NCBI GenBank assembly: GCA_964371785.1
Contig: CAYJOL010000002.1
Span: 149,229-213,228, forward strand
DNA from: an uncultured Ignavibacteriales bacterium
Lineage (GTDB): Bacteria > Zixibacteria > MSB-5A5 > GN15 > FEB-12
Direction: 5' to 3'
Length of the DNA: 64,000 bases
A model generated the notes under the pieces. That model was not told the DNA's origin, did no database searches, and saw only the letters and a list, made by a program, of their open reading frames with translations. Positions 19,289-28,962 of the stretch are shown here, in pieces; position 1 is the first letter of the stretch; every line of letters begins with the position of its first letter. Both the position numbers and the translations under genes were made by a program.

Positions 19289-20698
19289 TTATTTATCGCG
19301 AGGCGAGCTGTCCGTATGACCGTCGTCATAAACACCGACAAGTTCCGTCGCGTTGCCCTGACTATCAGTCACCACTTTCAATTTGAAATAGTCGAGATTA
19401 TCAAAACGAAACATGTCCTGCGCCATTGGGATCATAGCCATCCTTGACCTTCCCTCCCGTTGATAATAGAGCGTTCCGCTCTCGAAACTGATCGACCGAT
19501 CGCCGTACTTTCCCACGTAGCGCATAATAACAGTTGTATCGACCTGCACCGGGTGCAAAATTGACTCAAGCATCGAGATACTCCATTGGAGCGACAGTCC
19601 TCTGTCCGGCTCGGTTGATCTGTTTTCGATCCTCTTTAGAGCTTCGAGCCGGGCAGCATAGAGCGCTTGATCGGCTGTTACTTTGATGTCAGGCTCAACG
19701 CCCGTACCTTCCCAATTTGTGCCCGTGATCGGATTGATCGCTCTGCCAAAGGGTACTTTGAGCGCTACGTTCAGATTCCGGTATGCCTGGAACTGGACCG
19801 GATGAGCTCCACCGCCGGTCGTTTCTCCTATCACCGTGGCACGCTTGAGATTCTTGAGGTTGTAGGTGAATTCCTCCGCGGCCGAGAAGGTGTAGGAACT
19901 GGTTAGGATATACAGGTCGACATCAGGCATCCGCTTGCCCGGCACCCAGGCAAGACTCCAGTATTGTTCTGTCGAGTCGGTTTGGCGTATGTAGAAACTG
20001 TTCAGGTGTTTCGGTTCGCTCAGAAAATAGCTCGAGAGCAGCTGAATCATCGACGGTGAGCCGCCTCCGTTCTGGCGCAGGTCGATAATAACCGCATCGC
20101 TATTGCCAAGAAAATTCATTGCCGCCACGGCTGTCGGCCCGGCGTCAGAAGCTTCATAGAAATTCCGGAGGTCAAGATAGCCGATATTTCCCGGTATGAG
20201 TTCTACTTTGAAGAATCCGTAATTCTGCCGCGCCAATTCCAGATCAACTTTCTGTTTGTCTTCGGCCGACAGCGAATCCTGCCACATGCTGGCCATTTGT
20301 CCCGCTGGAATAAAGCGGGCCGCCAGGTGTTTGTCCTTGCTTATCGAGCGCATATCGACCGTAAGCTGCTGGGTGAACCGTTGCAGGTCGGTGAGTGAAT
20401 CATACGCGTGTGATTGGTACTGTTTCTTCATTAGCTGTACCATCTTCTTTGCGACCTCGGGAAACACATAGATCTGGTTCAGCGAGGCCGCGATGCTATC
20501 AATGATCTCTCCCTGCGTCTTGTGATCAACGGGCGCGGGAGAATTGTCCGCACCGGTTAACGTTTGCGCCCTTGCGACCGGAGAAAGCATGAGCAAGCCC
20601 AGAGCAATCGTCGCCGAGAGCACCCCGACTGTCAATCTGGTGATGAGTGACCTGTGTATTTGCTGTAGGCTTGATCTGTTTGAGGCTCTCTGGATCAT
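19289..20698 (-). CDS. S41 family peptidase (secreted)
   Basis: Signal peptide; S41 core LYILTSSYTFSAAEEFTYNLK ... IGETTGGG. Confidence 0.65.
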   Translation of the reverse strand: MIQRASNRSSLQQIHRSLITRLTVGVLSATIALGLLMLSPVARAQTLTGADNSPAPVDHKTQGEIIDSIAASLNQIYVFPEVAKKMVQLMKKQYQSHAYDSLTDLQRFTQQLTVDMRSISKDKHLAARFIPAGQMASMWQDSLSAEDKQKVDLELARQNYGFFKVELIPGNIGYLDLRNFYEASDAGPTAVAAMNFLGNSDAVIIDLRQNGGGSPSMIQLLSSYFLSEPKHLNSFYIRQTDSTEQYWSLAWVPGKRMPDVDLYILTSSYTFSAAEEFTYNLKNLKRATVIGETTGGGAHPVQFQAYRNLNVALKVPFGRAINPITGTNWEGTGVEPDIKVTADQALYAARLEALKRIENRSTEPDRGLSLQWSISMLESILHPVQVDTTVIMRYVGKYGDRSISFESGTLYYQREGRSRMAMIPMAQDMFRFDNLDYFKLKVVTDSQGNATELVGVYDDGHTDSSPRDK

Positions 20699-21225
20699 TT
20701 TGTCCTCCTGTATCTCGATGAATTGTGTGTTTTATTTTCCTTGCCGGTCCGACGTAATCGTTCGCGGACCCGGTCGTACATCTCATTGCCGTTAAGCGCT
20801 TGCTCAACCAGTATCAGTTGTTTCAGCAATCCCCCGCCGGTTTCTGTCAGCAGATCGTTATTGACTTCTTCTATGACGTCCCACACGGACTGCAGTCTGC
20901 GGGCAACCGCGCGGCCCCGAGGACTAAGGCTCAAGAGGCGTTTGCGCCCGTCGGAGCTGTCACCGGAAATCTTGAGCAATCCGTGCCGGCTCATCTGGCC
21001 GGCAATCTGATTGACCGACGGGTGGGTCATTCCCAGCTCGTCTGCAATTTGCGTGATAGCCAGGCGGGATTGGTGTGATAGCAAGTACATGAGCGGGAAC
21101 CAGCGGGCGTGAAAGTCTATTTCGTGTTCCGCGTAAATACGTGAGACATCGCGGCTGAGCCGTTCCGCCAGACGTTTCAGCCGGCTGGCCAGGGCGAGCG
21201 CGCCGAGCTGTTCGATTACACCCAT
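20695..21225 (-). CDS. MarR family transcriptional regulator
   Basis: Winged-HTH (LAITQIADELGMTHPSVNQIAGQMSRHGLLK). Confidence 0.8.
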   Translation of the reverse strand: MGVIEQLGALALASRLKRLAERLSRDVSRIYAEHEIDFHARWFPLMYLLSHQSRLAITQIADELGMTHPSVNQIAGQMSRHGLLKISGDSSDGRKRLLSLSPRGRAVARRLQSVWDVIEEVNNDLLTETGGGLLKQLILVEQALNGNEMYDRVRERLRRTGKENKTHNSSRYRRTK

Positions 21226-21312
21226 AGTAGCTCTCTCTAATTCAGGGTAATGCTGTCCGTACAGACAGATACGTAAGTGCTTACCTAAATGTTACATGAC
21301 CGTTGCCCCGCC

Positions 21313-21333
21313 ATTCAACGAATTCGATTGAAT
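21313..21333. promoter_or_regulatory. 21-bp near-perfect palindrome ATTCAACGAATTCGATTGAAT in the marR / TonB-receptor divergent intergenic region
   Basis: ATTCAA outer arms with an internal CGAATTCG palindrome. It lies between divergent promoters. Confidence 0.4.
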
Positions 21334-21409
21334 TACGTTACTAGTTTGGGTTACTTTCTTGAAGGAATCAGAACATGAAACCGGGTTGTCCCGCTATGAG
21401 ACGTACAGG

Positions 21410-23779
21410 ATGCGAGAATCGATCGGCAGCCATGAGAAACATTGCCAAGCCCGTCGTGCACAGTGGCTTTGGCTGTTGTTGTTGGTCTGTTTTCCGATAA
21501 CCGCGCTCACGGCTCAGCAAGCCTCGGTTCATGGCTATGTGTTCATCGACAGTTCAGGTGCACCACTGTCTTCCGCCAGTATATCGATAATCGGTCATCG
21601 ATTCGCAACTCGATCTGATTCAACCGGATTCTTCCGGCTTGACCATCTTCCGGCGGGAAAGTATCTCATTCAGTTCAGTCACATCGGCTTCGAAAGCCTG
21701 ACCATCGGACCGTTTGAACTTGCCTCCGGTACCGATACAGGCATCGTGGCTCAGCTTGGCACGAAGCCCGTCTCGGTTCGTGATATTGTCGTCACACCCG
21801 GCACATTCGCTATCATGGGAAATGAACCGGTGGTGAGTCAGACACTCACGCGCAATGACATCCAGAGCATCCCGCACTTTGGAGAGGATATCTATCGAGC
21901 TGTTTCCCGCCTGCCCGGTGTATCATCGAACGATTTTTCCGCCCGGTTCAGTGTTCGCGGTAGCGAACATGAACAGATTCTGGCCTTATTCGACGGTCTC
22001 CAATTATATGAACCGTTCCACCTGAGAGATGTCGATGGCGGGGCGCTCTCAATTGTCGATGTTGATCTGATCCAGGGAGTGGAGTTGATGACCGGCGGGT
22101 TTTCTGCCATGTACGGCGACCGTTTGGGTGGGGTTTTCAGCATCACGCCGCGTCCGCCGTTGGCTTCGCAGTATAGGGCCACAGCAGGACTTAGTTTCAC
22201 CGATGCACGAGTGTCAGCCGAAGGTCCCTTTGCCGACGGACGTGGGACCTGGTTGATCTCGGCCCGACGGGGATACGTCGACCTGGTCCTTAAGTTCATG
22301 GAACAGGATACGGCAGTCTCCCCCGTGTACTACGATACTTATACCAATCTGCGGTATCGCCTATCGTCGCGGCATCTGCTGTCGATAAGTACTCTCTATG
22401 CCAGTGATCGCCTCCGATATTTGGGGGAACAACAAGACAGCGCTGACACGCGATATGCCAACGCCAATCTCTGGATAAAACTCCAATCCGAAATAAACCA
22501 TCGTTTCGCCATTACTTCAGCCGCCCGAATTGGCGATCTGACACATCATCGAAATGGGATCTCGTATGACAGGTATAATGGCTTGCTTCGGTATGACGTC
22601 GCGGATTACCGTCGCTTCCGGTATGTTGAACTGAAACAGGATTATGAATTTGACGCCAGCCGATCACTGCTGTTCCAGACCGGATTTGAGATGCAGGAAT
22701 CGGGGGCTGACTATGACTACCGGAGTTATTATACCAACAACCTGGGAGAAAATCACTCCTACACCAGATCTCTGCAGATGTCTCCGCGCGGACGGCAATT
22801 CGGTGCCTACATTTCGGAAAGCGCCACGCCATACCAGTTTCTCACGATTCAGCTGGGTATCCGCTATGACAACGTCTCGTACACATCGGACCGGCTTTTC
22901 AGCCCAAGGAGCAGCGTTGCACTGCGGTTGAATTCGACCTCCTCCCTGCGATTCGCATGGGGACGATATACACAAAGTGAAGGCATGTTCAGCCTCGATG
23001 TGCCGGACGGCGACTCGACATTTTATCCGGCCGATATTGCGGAACACCGAGTCGTAGGATTTGAACATCGGTTCAATAACGGAATCCACACGAGAATTGA
23101 AGCATACTACCGGGGACTCGGGCGCATCCGGCCCCGCTACCGCAACCTGGCCCTTCCGCTCAACGCATTTGTTGAAGCGCAACCGGACAGGACAAAGCTT
23201 ATTATTTCCGAAGAGACTGCCAGAGGTGTCGAGATTTACTTCAGAACAGACCCGTCTCGTCCACTGTCTTTTTGGGCGAGTTATGCCTACGCTAAGATTA
23301 CCGACCATGTCGAGAGATACACTTACAACGGACTGACTATAGACTATAACAAAGATGCTCCCGGTTCGCTCGATCAGCGTCATACTATATATGTCGATGT
23401 AAGCTGCAAACTTGGTCGGCAATGGCGAGTCAATGCTGCATGGCAATTTCACACCGGCGTGCCATATACCAACTACTTGATTCGTTACGACACAACCAAT
23501 CTCGGAGTAATCTATCCGTACGCGGTCCTGGAAGAACCGTATTCTTCCCGATTCCCCGACTACCACAGACTGGACATGCGCATTAGCCGTGTGGTTGAAG
23601 CGGACTTTGGCACGCTTTCTTTCTTCTTAGAAATAGTAAACCTGTACAATCGCCGCAACCTGAGAGCATTTGAAAACTATTATTCCTGCGACGGCACGAC
23701 TTGTGTCCTCAAAAAGACGCCGTATTACTGGTTTCGCCTTTTGCCTTCGCTCGGACTGAGCTGGCGGCGCGAGTTCTGA
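21410..23779 (+). CDS. TonB-dependent outer-membrane receptor with N-terminal carboxypeptidase-regulatory-like domain
   Basis: Signal peptide (WLWLLLLVCFPITALTAQQ), CarbopepD_reg domain, plug (GVELMTGGFSAMYGDRLGGVFSI), and a 22-strand barrel ending in an aromatic residue. The ORF is open from 21359, but the first credible start is 21410. Confidence 0.75.
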   Translation: MRESIGSHEKHCQARRAQWLWLLLLVCFPITALTAQQASVHGYVFIDSSGAPLSSASISIIGHRFATRSDSTGFFRLDHLPAGKYLIQFSHIGFESLTIGPFELASGTDTGIVAQLGTKPVSVRDIVVTPGTFAIMGNEPVVSQTLTRNDIQSIPHFGEDIYRAVSRLPGVSSNDFSARFSVRGSEHEQILALFDGLQLYEPFHLRDVDGGALSIVDVDLIQGVELMTGGFSAMYGDRLGGVFSITPRPPLASQYRATAGLSFTDARVSAEGPFADGRGTWLISARRGYVDLVLKFMEQDTAVSPVYYDTYTNLRYRLSSRHLLSISTLYASDRLRYLGEQQDSADTRYANANLWIKLQSEINHRFAITSAARIGDLTHHRNGISYDRYNGLLRYDVADYRRFRYVELKQDYEFDASRSLLFQTGFEMQESGADYDYRSYYTNNLGENHSYTRSLQMSPRGRQFGAYISESATPYQFLTIQLGIRYDNVSYTSDRLFSPRSSVALRLNSTSSLRFAWGRYTQSEGMFSLDVPDGDSTFYPADIAEHRVVGFEHRFNNGIHTRIEAYYRGLGRIRPRYRNLALPLNAFVEAQPDRTKLIISEETARGVEIYFRTDPSRPLSFWASYAYAKITDHVERYTYNGLTIDYNKDAPGSLDQRHTIYVDVSCKLGRQWRVNAAWQFHTGVPYTNYLIRYDTTNLGVIYPYAVLEEPYSSRFPDYHRLDMRISRVVEADFGTLSFFLEIVNLYNRRNLRAFENYYSCDGTTCVLKKTPYYWFRLLPSLGLSWRREF

Positions 23780-23975
23780 GGCGAGGGACTACGCTCACTA
23801 AGCCACAAAGTAGACTAGTCCGGTCAGCTCAGTATGAATTCACCTCGAGTCGGTTATTATCTCCTGCTTTTACCGAGGAAACAAGATGTCGGCATTTTGG
23901 TTATAGGAAAACGTACGTTATTGCCGATATACTATAACGTCTTCAGAAATGAATAGCGTAAAGCAGAGGTTGAGC

Positions 23976-25178
23976 ATGACGAATATAAACAGTATCAAAG
24001 GCGTAATCGGCATCCTGACCGGAGGTGGCGATGTCCCCGGGTTGAATCCGGCAATCCGCGCCGTCACCGTGCGCGCACTTCGCGAAGGTTATCGCGTGAT
24101 TGGTATTCGGCGCGGTTGGGCCGGCCTGATGAGTGTCATCCGCGATAAGAATGCCGATAACAGCGAAAATTACCAGGACCTTACCGAAGAGATCGTGAAC
24201 AAAGCCGCCCGGACCGGCGGTACCTTTTTGCACAGCTCAAGAACGCATCCGGGAAAGGTGGCCAAGGCAAAGGTACCCGAACACCTGCAGGGCAAATACA
24301 ATAACGACATGAACGACCTTACCGATGAGGTCACGCAGAATCTCGACTTTCTTGGCATTGACCAACTCATCCCGATCGGCGGCGATGACACGCTCAGCTA
24401 TGCGGTGCGCCTGTACCGGGAAGGGGTCAAAGTCATCGCCATCCCCAAGACGATGGATAACGATGTCCCCGGCACCGATTACTGTATTGGGTTTAGTACC
24501 TGCGTGACCAGAACTATTCAAATGACCAACAGTCTTCGTACGTCCGCCGGATCGCATGAGCGGTTTTTGGTAGTGGAAGTCTTTGGACGTTATGCCGGAT
24601 TTACAGCGATGCTTCCGACCATGGCCGGAGCCGCCCACCGCTGTGTGATTCCCGAGTACAAATTCAACGTCGAGCTGTTGACCGAACTGCTTACCTATGA
24701 CCGCAACCACAACCCGAGTCACTATTCAGTGGTGCTGGTGTCCGAGGGTGCCATGTTTGACGGCGGGGAAATGGTATACGCGAACATGGAACGCGACGAC
24801 TACGGTCATGCCAAGTTGGGCGGGATAGGTGATCTGGTCTCGGCACAATTGAAGGAACTTTCACCTAAATACAATAACGGCAAACCCACCAATGTTATCA
24901 CGCAGAAGCTCGGCTATCTGGTGCGCGGAGGGGATCCGGATGCTATCGACGCTATCGTGCCGATGGCTTACGGCAACCTCGCCTTTGACCTGGTACTCAA
25001 GGGAATCCACGGCCGGTTGGTCGTTCTCAAAAATGGCCGATACGACAATATGCCTATCGACGTTGTGACCAGCAGGAAGAAGCTGGTCAATGTCCAGAAA
25101 CATTATAAGACCGATAGACTTCGGCCGATCTACAGTTCATTTGAGATGCAGCCGCTCTTTATCATGACGAGCGACTGA
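23976..25178 (+). CDS. pfp: pyrophosphate-dependent 6-phosphofructokinase (PPi-PFK)
   Basis: PFK fold (GILTGGGDVPGLNPAIRA). GGDDT (Asp instead of Gly104) and PKTMDND (Lys instead of Gly124) are the PPi-specific signatures. Confidence 0.7.
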   Translation: MTNINSIKGVIGILTGGGDVPGLNPAIRAVTVRALREGYRVIGIRRGWAGLMSVIRDKNADNSENYQDLTEEIVNKAARTGGTFLHSSRTHPGKVAKAKVPEHLQGKYNNDMNDLTDEVTQNLDFLGIDQLIPIGGDDTLSYAVRLYREGVKVIAIPKTMDNDVPGTDYCIGFSTCVTRTIQMTNSLRTSAGSHERFLVVEVFGRYAGFTAMLPTMAGAAHRCVIPEYKFNVELLTELLTYDRNHNPSHYSVVLVSEGAMFDGGEMVYANMERDDYGHAKLGGIGDLVSAQLKELSPKYNNGKPTNVITQKLGYLVRGGDPDAIDAIVPMAYGNLAFDLVLKGIHGRLVVLKNGRYDNMPIDVVTSRKKLVNVQKHYKTDRLRPIYSSFEMQPLFIMTSD

Positions 25179-25234
25179 GAATAATCGATGAGACGAGAAT
25201 ATGACCATGCACCGAGCCGTCGGGTAGACAGATA

Positions 25235-25537
25235 ATGACGCCAAATAATAACTGCTGGGAAATCAGGAAATGCGGACGAGAACCGGGCGGGAATCGGGTG
25301 GAGGAACTGGGCGTCTGTCCGGCCGCCGCCGATTCATCGTTTGACAGAATAAATCACGGCGTGAACGGCGGACGATTCTGCTGGGCCATTACCGGCACCT
25401 TCTGTGGCGGGCGTGTCCAGGGGTTGTTTGCGATGAAAATTGAGAATTGTGTTCTATGTCCCGTATTCAGCCTGGTCACCGATGAAGAGGGTGAGGCTTT
25501 TGTGATGCATCCTGAGGACGTAGCGGCCAGGCGGTAG
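25235..25537 (+). CDS. small Cys-rich protein resembling a stand-alone two-CW sensor domain
   Basis: NCWEIRKCGREPGG ... GVCPA ... GGRFCWAITGTFCGG ... CVLCP: two CW motifs and 8 Cys in 100 aa. Confidence 0.5.
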   Translation: MTPNNNCWEIRKCGREPGGNRVEELGVCPAAADSSFDRINHGVNGGRFCWAITGTFCGGRVQGLFAMKIENCVLCPVFSLVTDEEGEAFVMHPEDVAARR

Positions 25538-25684
25538 TAAGAACTTTTACACCCCCGCCTCCAACAGCCGCAATCTTTCACTTTTTCTTCTCCCCCACCC
25601 ATTGAGTACAAGCTTGACTGCGTGAACCTTGAGGTTATATTATAGCAGGAGTGGTTCACGCGCACCCTGATCGGGAGGTTCGGT

Positions 25685-27292
25685 ATGAAGATTCACCACC
25701 TGCTCGTCACGCTCGTCGCCGTCATAGGCGTTGTAGTCCAACAGACTTTCTGTCGAAGTGTTGACACCTACGCAAGCCGGTCCGCTGGTTCCGTAGTCTA
25801 CGATTTCCGGGAGTTTGTCGACGCCAACCGGATTCTCATGTTCATTGCCAACACCGGTTCCTTCGCTCGCGATATCGAATTGATTTTCGCCCCGGAAGCG
25901 GGTCTGTATTTCCCTTACACGAGTGTAGCCGATATCGAATCAGGAACGAATGTATCATCGCTGGTTTACTCGGCAGGTATCTGGATCGGTGGCCTTGTGC
26001 ACGACGAGATCAGGGTGTCGGTCGCCGAGTACTCCCAGGAATTCTATCCCGGTCCGATGTCAAATCACACCTTTCAGCCGGACGCAGAAACGAACCCGGC
26101 CTACCGGGTATACAAACTGTTTGCCGACAGCCTTGCCGATAATCCGAATTTTGATTACCTGAGTTGGCCGACCGATCAGGGTGCCCCGCAGGACGATTTC
26201 GGTCAACCTCTGATTATGGGCCGTCAGACCCTCTGGACCGTTTTCAACGACGCCAACGTGGCAGTCCATACTACCAACGCCGGTGGCACCGCTCCTCTGG
26301 GAGTCGAGATTCGCCAGCTCGTCTGGGCGACCGACCGACCGCCGGCGCACAGTTCGGTTTACATGCAGTACTGGATCTACAACCAGGGAGTTGACACGAT
26401 CACGGACTGCTATCTGTCTGTGTGGATAGACCCCGACCTGGGCGGATTCATCGATGATATTACCGGGTGTGACAGCTTGCACGACTTGTTCTACTGCTAC
26501 AATTCCGACAACAATGATGCAGTGTACGGATTACGCCCGCCCGCCCTGGGGTGTAAGATCCTCTACGGTCCGGTGGTCCCGTCCTCGCGTGACTCCGCAA
26601 AGTTCGGCTTTGGCTATCTTCAGGGATTTCGTAATCTGCCCATGTGCTCCTTTCAGGTCTATGGCAACGGGGGTGATATCCGCGATCCGGACACGGTCAC
26701 ACAGACCTACAATCTGATGAAGGGACTGATGCCCGACGGCAACGTACCGGCCAACGGAACACTCTTCAGATATCCGGGGGACCCGGTTACAGGCACCGGA
26801 GAACTCGATCTATGGCCGGGCGACAGGCGGATGATGGGTTCCTGCGGGCCGTTCACCATGAATCCCGGAGACAGCCAGGCGGTCACGGTAAAAATCTCAG
26901 CAGCTCAGGACAAAGACCGGCTCCGGTCGCTTGCCACGGTGCGCAATTATCTCGACGACACAACGGGACTATCGGGTGGTATAGACAGCAACCCGGCACC
27001 GCCGCTCGTGCCCGAGAAGTATGGCCTGTTTCAGAATTATCCGAACCCGTTTAATCCATCCACCACCATTCTTTATAATCTCCCGGCTTCATCGCATGTC
27101 ATGCTCGAAGTCATCAATTCGCTCGGCCAGCGCGTGAAGCTACTGGTCAATGAAATCAAGCCGGCTGGAGAATACGCGGTATCCTGGAACGGTACTGACA
27201 AGAACGGTGACAAGGTGGCCAGCGGCATATATTTCTACCGTCTGAAAGCCGGAGAGTATTCGGCCACTCGTAAAATGGTTCTTGTCCGCTAG
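25685..27292 (+). CDS. secreted protein with C-terminal T9SS (Por) sorting domain; N-terminal region of unknown function
   Basis: Signal peptide; the C-terminal ~80 aa match the type-A CTD (FQNYPNPFNPSTTI ... GQRVKLLVNE ... SGIYFYRLKAGEY). Confidence 0.7.
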   Translation: MKIHHLLVTLVAVIGVVVQQTFCRSVDTYASRSAGSVVYDFREFVDANRILMFIANTGSFARDIELIFAPEAGLYFPYTSVADIESGTNVSSLVYSAGIWIGGLVHDEIRVSVAEYSQEFYPGPMSNHTFQPDAETNPAYRVYKLFADSLADNPNFDYLSWPTDQGAPQDDFGQPLIMGRQTLWTVFNDANVAVHTTNAGGTAPLGVEIRQLVWATDRPPAHSSVYMQYWIYNQGVDTITDCYLSVWIDPDLGGFIDDITGCDSLHDLFYCYNSDNNDAVYGLRPPALGCKILYGPVVPSSRDSAKFGFGYLQGFRNLPMCSFQVYGNGGDIRDPDTVTQTYNLMKGLMPDGNVPANGTLFRYPGDPVTGTGELDLWPGDRRMMGSCGPFTMNPGDSQAVTVKISAAQDKDRLRSLATVRNYLDDTTGLSGGIDSNPAPPLVPEKYGLFQNYPNPFNPSTTILYNLPASSHVMLEVINSLGQRVKLLVNEIKPAGEYAVSWNGTDKNGDKVASGIYFYRLKAGEYSATRKMVLVR

Positions 27293-27551
27293 CAGAGCGT
27301 TCGGCCGGCCCTGCGCCTTCTCACTTTTCACTTTTCGCCATTCCGCGGCTCTTCCAAACATCTACTACTATAATTGTGCCGGCGATCGGCCGTTCCTCCT
27401 GGAAAGCGGCGTAACTCACTATAGATCAATATGATATGCGAAATTACAGAATCACATGATTGAAAAACTTAAGAACATGCAGAGAAATATGTAACTTTAT
27501 TAAAGATAGTGCGTAAACTAGTTAAGAAAATGAATTTGGAGATTCACAATA

Positions 27552-27929
27552 ATGAAAAGAAACTGGACTTACCTGAATCAACTTACCGGCGGTAAGCCGG
27601 TCACCATCGTAAAAGTGGCTGTGGACGAAGAGGATATCGCAATTGAAGGCCAGTTTGAACTCCCCCCGTTGGCTAAGCTGACGGCTGAGGATCAGGTGTT
27701 CGCGGCGGTGTTCATCAAATCTCATGGCTCAATCAAACAGATGGAGAAACACTTCGGCATCAGCTACCCGACCGTCAAAAACCGGCTGAATCGGATAGCA
27801 GAACAACTGGATTTCGTTGAGGTAGAGACCTCCGAGACTTCAAGCGGCGTGCTGGACCGTCTCGAGAACGGTGAAATCAATGTAGATGAAGCGATACGAC
27901 TACTAAAGGAAGGAGATCATCATGAGTGA
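27552..27929 (+). CDS. DUF2089 family protein with degenerate (Cys-less) N-terminal zinc-ribbon region
   Basis: GQFELPPL ... FIKSHGSIKQMEKHFGISYPTVKNRLNRI matches the DUF2089 HTH core. Confidence 0.55.
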   Translation: MKRNWTYLNQLTGGKPVTIVKVAVDEEDIAIEGQFELPPLAKLTAEDQVFAAVFIKSHGSIKQMEKHFGISYPTVKNRLNRIAEQLDFVEVETSETSSGVLDRLENGEINVDEAIRLLKEGDHHE

Positions 27930-28356
27930 ACAAAGAAGACAGATCCTGCAGATGCTTGCCGATGGCAAGATCAACGCTGACGAAGCCGAACGGCTCTTAT
28001 CCGCGTTGGAAAGTGGTGATTCACCTCGCCCCACCGGCCCGAGCCCAAGTGGCTGCTGCGATCCGAAGGCAAAGTACTTGTATGTGAATGTCAAGGCGGA
28101 GCCCGGAAGTCACCACCGGCATGAGAATGTTGACATTAAGATTCCAATTGTCCTGCTTAAGGCAGGCATGAAGCTGGGCTCGCTTATGCCTGAAGGCGCC
28201 AAAGGCAAAATATCCGAGCATCTGTCATCGCACGGAATAGATATCGACCTGGGCAAACTCGATTCGGAGAAGATCGATGTACTTGTCGCGGCGCTGTGCG
28301 AGAACTCCATAGATATCAGCAGCGAAAACGAAAAAGTCCGCATCTACTGCTGCTGA
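27922..28356 (+). CDS. SHOCT-like / YvlB-LiaG N-terminal-domain protein
   Basis: RRQILQMLADGKINADEAERLLSAL motif, a Pro/Gly linker, and a C-terminal CC tail. Overlaps DUF2089 by 8 nt. Confidence 0.5.
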   Translation: MSEQRRQILQMLADGKINADEAERLLSALESGDSPRPTGPSPSGCCDPKAKYLYVNVKAEPGSHHRHENVDIKIPIVLLKAGMKLGSLMPEGAKGKISEHLSSHGIDIDLGKLDSEKIDVLVAALCENSIDISSENEKVRIYCC

Positions 28357-28382
28357 GACTCAACTCTATCCTGATCATCGAC

Positions 28383-28416
28383 CGGGCGGCCGTGCGACCG
28401 CCCGTTGATGTTTCTG
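28383..28416 (+). terminator. GC-rich hairpin terminator (weak U-tract)
   Basis: CGGGCGG-ccgtgcga-CCGCCCG followed by TTGATGTTTCTGT. Confidence 0.4.
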
Positions 28417-28449
28417 TCCGCCAATCGCTTATTCGGCCTTTTGCCATAC

Positions 28450-28509
28450 TGCTAAAAAATTAGCATTTTCTTCTTGACTTCCCCGATAAATAATGCTAAT
28501 TTTTTAGCA
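28450..28509. promoter_or_regulatory. paired BlaI-type operators TGCTAAAAAATTAGCA (28450-28465) and TGCTAATTTTTTAGCA (28494-28509), flanking TTGACT (28474-28479)
   Basis: Two copies of a 16-bp palindrome, mutually inverted over a 19-bp exact match. One sits just upstream of the -35 element and one overlaps the -10 element. Confidence 0.6.
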
Positions 28510-28563
28510 GAAAGTATTGAATAACCCCGCTTCCCTTTTCGTCAATAGGCTAGAGGTGCGAAT

Positions 28564-28962
28564 ATGAGGCAGAAAAAATCGTTTCGACGGCTCAGCCGAC
28601 GCGAGAGCCAGATAATGGATATCCTTTACCGCGCCGGGGAAGCAAAAGCCGCCGAGGTCCATGAGTCGCTTGCCGACCGGCCCAGTTATTCGGCGGTGCG
28701 GGCATTGCTTGGGATTCTCGAAGATAAGGGACTGGTGAAACACCGGCGCGACGGCCGGGCTTATCTTTACTCTCCAACTATAAGTCACACTGAAGCCAGC
28801 CAGTCTGCGCTGAAGCATCTGGTGCAAACATTTTTTGAAGGGTCAGTGGAGCAGGTGGTAGCGACCTTATTCAGCCTGTCGTCCACCAAGATGTCGATGG
28901 AGGAGTATGACCGACTGAGCAAGCTGCTTAATTCAGTCCGCAACCGGGAGGACGACAAATGA
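28564..28962 (+). CDS. BlaI/MecI/CopY family transcriptional repressor
   Basis: Penicillinase-repressor winged helix (RESQIMDILYRAGEAKAAEVHESL ... SAVRALLGILEDKGLV). Confidence 0.85.
   Translation: MRQKKSFRRLSRRESQIMDILYRAGEAKAAEVHESLADRPSYSAVRALLGILEDKGLVKHRRDGRAYLYSPTISHTEASQSALKHLVQTFFEGSVEQVVATLFSLSSTKMSMEEYDRLSKLLNSVRNREDDK

Noticed and set aside
22664-23566. 300-aa ORF on the minus strand inside the TonB-dependent receptor gene
   Set aside because: Antisense to a well-supported gene, no domain signature, and typical GC-rich shadow-ORF composition.
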